Below, in pieces: positions 9,501-16,954 of a stretch of 64,000 nucleotides of DNA (position 1 is the stretch's first letter; each line of letters opens with the position of its first letter). The stretch lies in assembly GCA_043803015.1 (NCBI GenBank), contig JAZDKK010000051.1, forward strand, positions 17,213 to 81,212, read 5' to 3'. Under the pieces are notes generated by a model. That model made no database searches. It was given only the letters and a program-made list of their open reading frames with translations, and had not been told where the DNA came from. The DNA comes from Verrucomicrobiota bacterium (GTDB lineage: Bacteria; Verrucomicrobiota; Kiritimatiellia; CAIQIC01; JAGNIJ01). The position numbers and the translations under genes are program-made.

Positions 9501-11304
9501 CTTTGGGAAGGTCGGGGTGTGGAGCGAGTCTTCCGGGCTCCTTTGCTTGACCAACGCGACCGGCGACACCGCCTTGGAGTTCAGTCCGGACGGGCGTTTG
9601 CTTCTCATGGGCGGAAGCGCAGGCGCGAGCATCTACGATGTCGCGGGGGGTAAGGGGATTGAACCGCTCGCCGGACACACGAGCAGAACGGTGGGGGGAT
9701 TCCGGCCGGACGGCAAGGCCATCTTGACGGCCGATCAGGATGGCAATGTGATCCTTCGTCCCATCGATCGTTCGTCGCCCTTCTCCTCCCAGAAATGCGA
9801 GGACGGGATCCTCGATCTTGCCCTGTCCGCTGACGGGAAGTGGTTTGCCACCGAACACCAAGGAGGCAAGGTTCAGGTGTGGGACTTCGAGACCGGCGCC
9901 CCCGTTGGAGCGCCATGCCTGCATCCCCAAGCCGTCTCGGCGGCTGCGTTCTCGCCGGACAGCAGACTGCTTGCCACGGCATGCTATGACGGCAGCGTTC
10001 GCCTCTGGGCCATCGGATCCACGTCTCAACCCCATCTCGTTGATTGCGGTTCTCCAGTTCAGGCGCTTGCATTCAATGAGGATGGCTCGGTGCTGGCGGC
10101 CGCGTGTGGGAAGTTGGGTGGTCGCTGGGGTGAACCGTCTCCCCGGGTGTACGTCGGGCTGTGGCACATCGGCATGGGAGCGGATGCCGCGCCCTACGGC
10201 GCCCTGTCCTGCGACGGATCTATGCTCTCCTTCTGCGGCTCCGGAAGCTTGCTCGCGACAGCAGGGCACGATGGTGTCTTCAGGCTCTGGGACTACAGCG
10301 AGGGATTGCGCGGCATGGACCTGGTTGGAAGGGGCGGCGAAGTGCCGCATCTCTTCCCCGCCTTGGAAGGGCTCTACGAGATTCAGGTACACGAGGCGGG
10401 ACCGAATCTCCCGGATGACGGTGTCTGGTGGATGGCAGAGCATACGGGATGGGTGACCTCGTCTGAGGTGTCGAGCCAGACGGGTCTTCTCGCGCGGAGG
10501 GGCAGAACGCGCGGCGACACGGAAGTCATGAGCAGAATGCTCACCTTCCGCTGCTGGCCGTCTGGGTCTGGCTTTGCATGCACGGAGGTGCTGGAGCACC
10601 AGATCCCGTTTCCTGATGGGGAGAGCGGCAACGTGGGGCGGGGGCCGTCGGTCATCCAGTGGGACGCCGGCAGGGACGCTGTCCTGACCACGGACGCGGA
10701 TGGCGTCACGCGAAGATGGCGAATCTTCTTGCCGCAAGAACCGGCACCCACTTGGGTCAATACACTTGCGGAATATGCTACGGGATGGAGATCCGACGAA
10801 ACGAACTTGACCTTGCTGTCCATGAGCGACGCGGAGCGCGCCGACAGAGAGGCGACGCTTCGCGGGTTGGCGCAGGGCACAAGCGAATGGAGCCGGCTCG
10901 CGGCCTGGGTCCTGCTGCCTCCCTCGCGGCGCCCGGTGTCGCCACTCGACAGCACAACGCCGGCGCAATGGGCAGACAAGGCGATCGAGGTAAACACCGA
11001 AAACGACATACGTGCAGCCCTCGCGGTGAATCCATCCCACCCGTTGGTGAGGATCGCGCTCTGCGGCTTCATTGACGATCCCGATCAGGCTGCATGGATG
11101 GAAGCTCGTGCATTGAATCTGTTGCCGGACGATCCCTCGGTTTGCATTCGGGCAGCCGAGATCTTCATGCTGCGCAAGGATTGGGCGGGCGCTCAAGCTG
11201 CGGTGGATCTCGCCTTGAAGGTCAAACCTGACCATGTGAAGGCAGAGAAGTTGCGGAGTCTACTTGAAGACATTGCTGATAAGGCCCTCCATCCGGCAAA
11301 GTGA
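6583..11304 (+). CDS. STAND NTPase: DUF4062/TIR-like head, nSTAND-type P-loop NTPase, hydrophobic helix, WD40 repeats, C-terminal TPR
   Basis: The N-terminus has RIRIFISSPGDVAEERDRARQVV...GTEREFDLML. PFRGLEVFQFEHSPIFFGRE precedes Walker A ITGASGSGKSSLARAG (about 7381-7413) and Walker B LMLLVDQLEELF. A hydrophobic helix follows (IVMSVAAAFAALSLLAAGAGWLAW). WD40-like units include FSPDGRLLLMGG, DGKWFATEHQGGKVQVWD, FSPDSRLLATACYDGSVRLWA and LATAGHDGVFRLWD. Confidence 0.9.
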   Translation: MSKLENRRIRIFISSPGDVAEERDRARQVVEELRHRYAGRLDIKAVLWEKLPLQADMSFQQGIDLVLSREQGIDVAVFILWSRLGSPLGPRIRKPDGTQYRSGTEREFDLMLAARRENRQRDPASDSPKILLYTRNDEASFDERLRGRSTDEKEDMIVQKKLVETFVKEEFRDATTGTNIRAYHVFGQPVTFSQNLRAHLEEILNPMVEGSQGSPAWDVTRLGAPFRGLEVFQFEHSPIFFGREDEVLEVRRALQRKAREGCAFVLITGASGSGKSSLARAGALPAVVWNEVDDTVVGWRYAIYTPGQLQGDLCGGLARLLCSDAVLPELRISDDTATVLAEGLAAAPKLTVDQSLRPALQRAAQGKHGSVRLMLLVDQLEELFTDKRLTDAHREQFVNALEAMARSGVVWVLATVRSDFYPYCQRLPALMRAKEGPGQIDILPPAADALRRLIECPAGLAGLVFEKRGETSLADRILDDATAHAGLLPLVSYVLRELFERRTPEGVLTFAAYDQLGGVEGALAKRVEAVFSSLPPAAQAQLPSVLRGLVSVSGDEEESVVRQRMPMDALSLDGPARVLVDRFIQERFLVTDRTTSGTPMASLAHEALLAVWPRAAAWTTDNRDFLRVRARVAARMKEGSRLQEGDALLESAKQHLATAGDGFTAEQVSFIRECARAVERARHRRERIVMSVAAAFAALSLLAAGAGWLAWQKRQEAAAEARARAQLLQDAGRSEHATAEGMFREGSWEGGVIHLGRALTYDPLNTTAAAHMWSAIVHCANRIPPPLVGRIDYTQEPDRQTKDRDENARDAATIQHMARRVIGENIRACLLPAALMLFPAGSWRVGEQVAGRWARSRYEQRADIGVHPRDASPNEPESQASPTPAGTQILSRNMVGYVGDRFFVWEGIPHFALSRDGTRVVLCHFEQGSAQVFALPSGQPVGERVFLGDGASFQGRVVRVAVSPSGTSFAAGAFGKVGVWSESSGLLCLTNATGDTALEFSPDGRLLLMGGSAGASIYDVAGGKGIEPLAGHTSRTVGGFRPDGKAILTADQDGNVILRPIDRSSPFSSQKCEDGILDLALSADGKWFATEHQGGKVQVWDFETGAPVGAPCLHPQAVSAAAFSPDSRLLATACYDGSVRLWAIGSTSQPHLVDCGSPVQALAFNEDGSVLAAACGKLGGRWGEPSPRVYVGLWHIGMGADAAPYGALSCDGSMLSFCGSGSLLATAGHDGVFRLWDYSEGLRGMDLVGRGGEVPHLFPALEGLYEIQVHEAGPNLPDDGVWWMAEHTGWVTSSEVSSQTGLLARRGRTRGDTEVMSRMLTFRCWPSGSGFACTEVLEHQIPFPDGESGNVGRGPSVIQWDAGRDAVLTTDADGVTRRWRIFLPQEPAPTWVNTLAEYATGWRSDETNLTLLSMSDAERADREATLRGLAQGTSEWSRLAAWVLLPPSRRPVSPLDSTTPAQWADKAIEVNTENDIRAALAVNPSHPLVRIALCGFIDDPDQAAWMEARALNLLPDDPSVCIRAAEIFMLRKDWAGAQAAVDLALKVKPDHVKAEKLRSLLEDIADKALHPAK

Positions 11305-11362
11305 AGAGAATCGTTGGAATTCAGGAAATGGAGTGACGCGGTCAGAAGAAGGCTGGTGAAGC

Positions 11363-11788
11363 ATGAAGATTATCAAGATACAGACCTTGGAAAAGGGCTG
11401 GTGCGACAAGGACCACGTGTTGCTTCACGCCGCTTTTCAGCTCCTGGTCGATTATGTCGAGCAGGAGAAACCTCAGAACGTGGATTGGACTTGGAATCGG
11501 GAGCCCAGGCATGCATGGGCTGAAATCAGATCGCTATACCGCTGGTGGAAGAAGACGCGTCCAAAGCGAAAAGATCCGCTGATGAGGAGGGGTCTGAAGC
11601 GCCCACCCTGGCGACTCAAGAAGATCCCTGGAAGCGAGCTCCTACAACGTGTGGACTACGACAAGAAGAAGTACGCCGCGTATGAAGCGGCATCGAAGGC
11701 AAGCCTGCGGCTGGACTGGGAGTGGCTCAAGGAGGATCAAAGGAATTTGCACCGACTGATCGAGATCAGGCCGTTCCTTTGGACGTAG
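11363..11788 (+). CDS. hypothetical protein (141 aa), visibly lower G+C than its neighbours
   Basis: ATG at 11363. Translation begins MKIIKIQTLEKGWCDKDHVLLHAAFQLLVDYVEQEKP, is basic and W-rich, and ends in FLWT. No family recognised with confidence. Confidence 0.55.
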   Translation: MKIIKIQTLEKGWCDKDHVLLHAAFQLLVDYVEQEKPQNVDWTWNREPRHAWAEIRSLYRWWKKTRPKRKDPLMRRGLKRPPWRLKKIPGSELLQRVDYDKKKYAAYEAASKASLRLDWEWLKEDQRNLHRLIEIRPFLWT

Positions 11789-11882
11789 AAATGCCGGACC
11801 CGGCCATCCAGCGGACCGGGTTCCCAAGGCACGCAACTGCGTGCGCACCTGGCGCGTTGCGGCCAGATGAGGAGCACGGCGC

Positions 11883-14800
11883 ATGAGCAAAGGAGACGAC
11901 CGGCGTTTCTCCGGCGGGACCAAACCCGCCGCGTCTCCCGATCGCGTCATCCGCGTCTTCATCTCCTCCACCTTCCGCGACATGCAGGAGGAGCGGGATT
12001 ACCTAGTGAAGTTCGTTTTTCCGGAATTGCGGAAGATGTGCGAGTCGCGCGGGGTGACGTGGGGCGAGGTGGATTTGCGCTGGGGGGTGACCACGGAGCA
12101 GGCGGCAGAGGGCAAGGTCTTGCCGATCTGTCTGGAGGAAATCAAACGCTGCCGGCCGTACTTCATTGGTCTCTTGGGCGAACGCTACGGCTGGATTCCC
12201 GATGCCATCCCGCAGGGAATCATCGACAGCGAGCCGTGGCTCAAGGAGCACGTCCACGACAAGAAGTCGGTTACCGAGCTGGAGATCCTGCATGGCGTGC
12301 TCCGCAATCCAGACATGGCGAGCCATGCGTTGTTCTACTTCCGCGATCCGGCCTACGTGAAGTCCGTGCCGGAGGAGAAGAAGGCAGACTTCACCACGGA
12401 AGACACGGAGAGCGCGGAGAGGCTCAAGGCGTTGAAGGAGAAGATACGCGCGAGCGGCTTTCCGGTGCGGGAGAATTATCCCGACCCCAAGGCGCTGGGC
12501 GAATTGGTGAAGCAGGACCTCATCGAGGTCGTTGATCAGCTGTACCCGCCGGGTGAAGAACTCGATCCGCTCGATCGAGAGGCGATGGAGCACGAGGCGT
12601 ATGCCGAGAGCCGGGCCAAGGTCTACATCGGCCGGCAGGCGTATTTCGACCGGCTCGACGCCCATGCCGGCAGCGCGGGCGATCAGCCGTTGGTCGTTCT
12701 CGGCGATTCGGGTTCGGGTAAATCAGCCCTGCTGGCAAACTGGGTGATCCGCTACCGGCAGGCGCATCCTGACGTCTTGGTGCTGCAGCACTTCATTGGC
12801 GCCTCGCCCTGCAGCGCCGACTGGGCGGCGATGCTGCGTCGGATCATGGGCGAGTTCAACCGGAAGCTCGGCATTCAGCAGGACATTCCCGACAGCCCGG
12901 ATTCGCTGCGCAGCGCCTTCCCCAACTGGCTCCACATGGCCGCGGCCAAAGGTCGCGTCGTGCTCGTGCTGGACGCGTTGAACCAGTTGGAGGATCGCGA
13001 TGGTGCGCGGGATCTCTTGTGGCTGCCTCCGGTCATGCCGGAGAACGTGCGGTTGATCGTCTCGACGTTGCCCGGCCGGCCGTTGGATGTGATCGGGGAC
13101 CGCGGTTGGCCCACCTATCTGGTCGAACCACTGAAGCCGGATGAACGCCAAGAACTCATCAAAGAGTACCTCGCGCAACACGCGAAGACCCTCGATCCCG
13201 TGCTCGTCGAGCGCATTGCCGCCGCGCCGCAGTCGGCCAATCCTCTTTACCTGCGCGTTCTGCTCGATGAGCTGCGCCTGTTTGGCGTCTTTGAACAGCT
13301 GGAGGAACGCATCGGCCATTACCTGAAAGCCGCAGACTCCTATGAACTCTACGAGAAGGTGGTCGCCCGGTGGGTGAACGACTACAGCGGCGATGCCCAC
13401 TTGGTCGGTGATACGCTCTCGCTGATTTGGGCTGCGCGCCGCGGCCTGTCCGAATCCGAGTTGCTTGGCGCTCTGGGCAGTAAAGACCAACCGCTGCCGC
13501 GCGCCCAATGGTCACCACTTTTCTTGGCCATGGGTGACGGTCTCGTCAGCCGAGGCGGGTTGCTGACCTTTGCCCACGATTTCCTGCGGACGGCGGTCCG
13601 CGACGCCTGCCTGCCCACTGAAGAGCAACAGCATCAGGCCCACAGCCGCCTCGCCGACTACTTCGAGCGTCAGCCAGGCCCTCGCCGGACCGATGAACTG
13701 CCTTGGCAATTGGCGGAGGCCAAGGCGTGGAGGCGCCTGCAGGCATTGTTAACCGTCCCGGGTTTCTTCTTGGCGGCATGGCATAGCAGCGAATTCGATG
13801 TCAAGACCTACTGGACTCGGATTGAGGCCGATTCACCGTTGCGCATGCTGGATGCGTATCTTGTGCAGACCGAGCATCCCCAGGGAGAATGGGACAAGGA
13901 CTTTCTGGACAGGTTGGCCAAGCTTCTTGCAGGCACCGGCCATTCCGGGGAGGCGATGAAGATATGGTCACACCTGATCGAGCTTAGCCGGGCCACTGGC
14001 GACATGAATAACCTCCAGGCGGGGCTCATCAATCAAGCAGAGATTCTGAAGGAGCACGGTGACTTGGAAGGATCCATGGCGCTGTCCAAGGAAGGGGAAC
14101 GGATTTGCCGCCAATTGGGCAATCTGAAGGACTTGTCAGCGAACCTCTGCAACCAAGCCTTGATCCTGCTGGCGCAGGGGGACTTGGACGCCGCCATAGC
14201 GTTGCTCAAGGAAGGGGAGCAGATTAGCCGCCAGTTAGGCCATGCGGGTATCCTCTCAGCGATTCTTGGTAACGAAGCGCTGATTCTCCATGATCGCGGG
14301 GACTTGGGTGGCGCGATGATGCTGTTCAAGGAACAGGAGCGGACTTGCCGCCAGTTGGGCAATCTGAGCAGCCTTTCATCGTGCCTCGGCAACCAAGCGT
14401 TGATTCTCCATGCTCGCGGGGATCTAGGTGGCGCGATGGCGCTGTATAAGGAACAGGAGCGGATTTGCCGCCAGTTAGGCGATCTGGACGGCCTCTCACA
14501 CACCATCGGCAACCAAGCGTTGATGCTGAGGGATCGCGGAGATCTGGACGTTGCACTGGCGTTGTTCAAAGAACAAGAGCGGATCTGCCGCCAGTTAGGC
14601 TATCTTGACGGCCTTTCACGGGCCCTGACTAACCGATCTGCGATCTTGCAGGATCGCGGCAATTTAGATGGTGCGATGGCCCTCATCAAGGAAGCGGAGC
14701 AGATATGCAGGCAGTTGAACAACCCGGCCGTTCTGGAAGTGATCCTCGGCCGCCAGGCAAACATCTTGTACGTGCGTGGAGACTTGGACGGGGCGATGGC

Positions 14801-16175
14801 CCTGTACAAGGAAGAGGAGCGGATTTGCCGCCAGTTGGGTTCCCCAAATGGACTGCAACGCACTCTCAGCAACCAAGCGTTGATCTTGGCGGACCGCGGG
14901 GACCTTGATGGCGCGATGGCGTTGCATGAGGAACAAGAGCAGATCTGTCGGAAGTTGGGCAATCTGGCCGACCTCTCAATTGCTCTCGTCAACCGGGCTG
15001 CGATCTTACAGGGTCGCGGGGATCTGGACGGTGCGATGGCGCTATACAAGGAAGGGGAAGGAATTTGCCGCCAGTTGGACAACTCGGCCTTCCTACGACC
15101 GATCCTCAGCGGTCAGGCGGACATCTTGCACGCGCGTGGAGACTTGGACGGAGCCATGGCACTGCTCAAGGAAGGGGAACGGATTTGCCGCCAGTTGGGC
15201 AATCCGGGCCCTCTAGCTGAGGTCCTTGGCAGACAGGCGTCAATTTTGAACCTGCGCGGGGATCCCCTAGGCGCAATGGCGCTATACAAGGAAGGGGAAC
15301 GGATTTGTCGGCAGATGGGCGATTTGGCCGCCCTGGCAACGACGCTCGGAAAACTGGCGTGGATATCGGCGGATCGCGGGGATCTGGACGGGGCGATGGC
15401 CCTGCACAAGGAAGAGGAGCGGATTTGCCGCCACCTGGGGAACCAAAAAGATCTGGCCGTATCGCTTTCCGGTCAGTCCAGGATCTTGCATGCGCGTGGA
15501 GATACGGAAGGTGCGGTGGCACTCCTTAGGGAAGGGGAGCGGATCTTTCGCCAGCTGGGTGATCTGGCCGCCCTCGCAACAACCCTCGGCAACGAATCCG
15601 TGATCCTAGCGGAACGTAGGGACCTGGACGGAGCCATGGCGTTGCTCAAGGAAGGGGAGCAGATTTACCGCCAGTTGGGCAATCCCCACGGCCTCGCGGC
15701 GATCCTAGGCAAACAGGCGAATGTGCTGCACATGCGTGGAGACTTGGACGGTGCGCTGGCGCTTTACAGGGAGGAAGAACATATCTGCGGGATGTTGGGC
15801 AACAGGGGCGGATTAGCCACGTCGCTTTTCAATCAAGCACTGCTTCTGTCCCGACGTCGATGCAACCGACGGGAGGCAGAAGCCAAGTGCGCTAAAGCAC
15901 GCGAGATATATACTGCGCTAGGAATGAGTGTGAACTGCTCGCGTGTTCAGGCTCTCCAGTTGCAGATGCGCTGGGGAGGTGTGCTGAAATGGCTGCCCAT
16001 TGGCTTGGGAGCTTTGGGGATCACGCTGGGCTTGTGGAATCCCTGGGTGTGGATCATCGGAGGACCTCTTGTTCTTGTGTGTGGCTTCTCGATTGCCTTC
16101 CGATTGTCGCCCCGTATTCGGTCAGTCTGTCAATCCCACGTTGGACAATGGATCGCTGACTCAAGAAAGCCGTAA
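11883..16175 (+). CDS. STAND NTPase: DUF4062 head, NACHT-like P-loop NTPase, about 16 tandem TPR-like repeats, two C-terminal TM helices
   Basis: The head reads VIRVFISSTFRDMQEERDYLV...FIGLLGERYGWIP...SVTELEILHG. Walker A is VVLGDSGSGKSALLANW (about 12694-12735) and Walker B is VVLVLDALNQLED. A 40-aa unit of the type LGNQALILxxRGDLDGAMALYKEGERICRQLGN is repeated about 16 times. The C-terminus has LKWLPIGLGALGITLGLW and WIIGGPLVLVCGFSIAF. Confidence 0.9.
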   Translation: MSKGDDRRFSGGTKPAASPDRVIRVFISSTFRDMQEERDYLVKFVFPELRKMCESRGVTWGEVDLRWGVTTEQAAEGKVLPICLEEIKRCRPYFIGLLGERYGWIPDAIPQGIIDSEPWLKEHVHDKKSVTELEILHGVLRNPDMASHALFYFRDPAYVKSVPEEKKADFTTEDTESAERLKALKEKIRASGFPVRENYPDPKALGELVKQDLIEVVDQLYPPGEELDPLDREAMEHEAYAESRAKVYIGRQAYFDRLDAHAGSAGDQPLVVLGDSGSGKSALLANWVIRYRQAHPDVLVLQHFIGASPCSADWAAMLRRIMGEFNRKLGIQQDIPDSPDSLRSAFPNWLHMAAAKGRVVLVLDALNQLEDRDGARDLLWLPPVMPENVRLIVSTLPGRPLDVIGDRGWPTYLVEPLKPDERQELIKEYLAQHAKTLDPVLVERIAAAPQSANPLYLRVLLDELRLFGVFEQLEERIGHYLKAADSYELYEKVVARWVNDYSGDAHLVGDTLSLIWAARRGLSESELLGALGSKDQPLPRAQWSPLFLAMGDGLVSRGGLLTFAHDFLRTAVRDACLPTEEQQHQAHSRLADYFERQPGPRRTDELPWQLAEAKAWRRLQALLTVPGFFLAAWHSSEFDVKTYWTRIEADSPLRMLDAYLVQTEHPQGEWDKDFLDRLAKLLAGTGHSGEAMKIWSHLIELSRATGDMNNLQAGLINQAEILKEHGDLEGSMALSKEGERICRQLGNLKDLSANLCNQALILLAQGDLDAAIALLKEGEQISRQLGHAGILSAILGNEALILHDRGDLGGAMMLFKEQERTCRQLGNLSSLSSCLGNQALILHARGDLGGAMALYKEQERICRQLGDLDGLSHTIGNQALMLRDRGDLDVALALFKEQERICRQLGYLDGLSRALTNRSAILQDRGNLDGAMALIKEAEQICRQLNNPAVLEVILGRQANILYVRGDLDGAMALYKEEERICRQLGSPNGLQRTLSNQALILADRGDLDGAMALHEEQEQICRKLGNLADLSIALVNRAAILQGRGDLDGAMALYKEGEGICRQLDNSAFLRPILSGQADILHARGDLDGAMALLKEGERICRQLGNPGPLAEVLGRQASILNLRGDPLGAMALYKEGERICRQMGDLAALATTLGKLAWISADRGDLDGAMALHKEEERICRHLGNQKDLAVSLSGQSRILHARGDTEGAVALLREGERIFRQLGDLAALATTLGNESVILAERRDLDGAMALLKEGEQIYRQLGNPHGLAAILGKQANVLHMRGDLDGALALYREEEHICGMLGNRGGLATSLFNQALLLSRRRCNRREAEAKCAKAREIYTALGMSVNCSRVQALQLQMRWGGVLKWLPIGLGALGITLGLWNPWVWIIGGPLVLVCGFSIAFRLSPRIRSVCQSHVGQWIADSRKP
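14014..15870 (+). repeat. tandem 120-bp coding repeats (about 15-16 units) encoding the TPR array of the 11883-16175 gene
   Basis: Strings such as ggagcggatttgccgccagttgggcaat recur every 120 nt (for example near 14097, 14337, 14457, 14817, 15177, 15297). The repeats are in frame with the gene. Confidence 0.85.
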
Positions 16176-16315
16176 GATTCCGCGGGTCGAGGGAAGGAGG
16201 CGAGTGCCAGCTTGCTCTCAGCCGGCTATGCGGCCCCGGAGAAACGAGCCGATCCTGAATAGAGTGCGCATTGCGGTGCAAGGAAAGTAAACTAGGAAGA
16301 GAGACTTCTCAGATC

Positions 16316-16516
16316 GTGAACGATTCAGGCACACCCGCGGCCACCGCCCCCAACCGCGTCATCCGCGTCTTCATCTCCTCCACCTTCCGCGACATGCACG
16401 CGGAGCGGGATCATCTGGTCACCGTCGTCTTCCCGGAGTTGCGGGAGCGGGTCGAGCAGTTGGGGCCGGAGTTCTTCGACGCGGCGATGGACAAGCTGGC
16501 CGGGTTCTTGAAATAA
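16316..16516 (+). pseudogene. orphan 5' stub of a DUF4062-type STAND gene (no ATG start; GTG 16316 or TTG 16271)
   Basis: Encodes ...NRVIRVFISSTFRDMHAERDHLVTVVFPELRERVEQLG, then diverges and ends in TAATAG. It carries a 44-nt run (16355-16398) identical to 11943-11986. It covers only the first half of the DUF4062 region seen in the full-length gene. Confidence 0.5.
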
Positions 16517-16534
16517 TAGGCGAGGGGAGGGGCC

Positions 16535-16954
16535 ATGCCGACGAAACCATTCCGTCTGGCCGTGAAGGCGGTGATCCTGGACGAGCAGGGGCGGTGCCTG
16601 CTCATCCGGCGGTCCGCGCACAACCGCAACTTTGTCGGCCGGTGGCAGTGGCCTGGAGGGAAGGTGGACGCGGGTGAGGATTTCGCCACCGCGCTGACAC
16701 GCGAGGTGATGGAAGAGACCAACCTGCAGGTCGAGATCACGGGCCTGGCCGGAGCCACCCATTTCGAAATGCCCGCCGTTCACGTGATCCTGCTTTGCCT
16801 GGAGGCGCGTCTCGCCGGGGGCGAGCTCAAGCTGAGCGAGGAACACGACGAAGCCGGCTGGACCCCGCTGGCGGAACTTCGCCGCCTCGAACTCGCCGAC
16901 CAGGTGCGCCCCTTCATGCTCGATTACGTAGCCAGAAAAGGAGCCCAAACATGA
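16535..16954 (+). CDS. NUDIX hydrolase (139 aa)
   Basis: ATG at 16535 behind GGGGAGGGG. Nudix box GGKVDAGEDFATALTREVMEETNL matches GX5EX7REUXEEXGU with the last G replaced by N. The stop at 16952-16954 overlaps the next ATG. Confidence 0.85.
   Translation: MPTKPFRLAVKAVILDEQGRCLLIRRSAHNRNFVGRWQWPGGKVDAGEDFATALTREVMEETNLQVEITGLAGATHFEMPAVHVILLCLEARLAGGELKLSEEHDEAGWTPLAELRRLELADQVRPFMLDYVARKGAQT

Noticed and set aside
7408-11235. Very long minus-strand ORFs (7408-9354, 648 aa; 9475-11235, 586 aa) antisense to the WD40 STAND gene
   Set aside because: These are Arg/Pro/Gly-rich shadow frames typical of high-GC DNA. They have no recognisable motifs. The plus-strand frame carries clear P-loop and WD40 motifs and a good start context.
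14014-15870. Regular 120-bp periodic repeats that could be mistaken for a CRISPR or other non-coding array
   Set aside because: There is no repeat-spacer structure. The periodicity is in frame within a 1430-aa ORF and encodes 40-aa TPR-like units.
16271-16516. Possibility that the 81-aa ORF is a genuine stand-alone DUF4062 protein forming a three-gene operon with NUDIX and RSH
   Set aside because: Not fully excluded. However, it has no ATG or convincing SD, covers only about half of the domain seen in the full-length paralogue, and diverges abruptly. It is reported as a stub or pseudogene.
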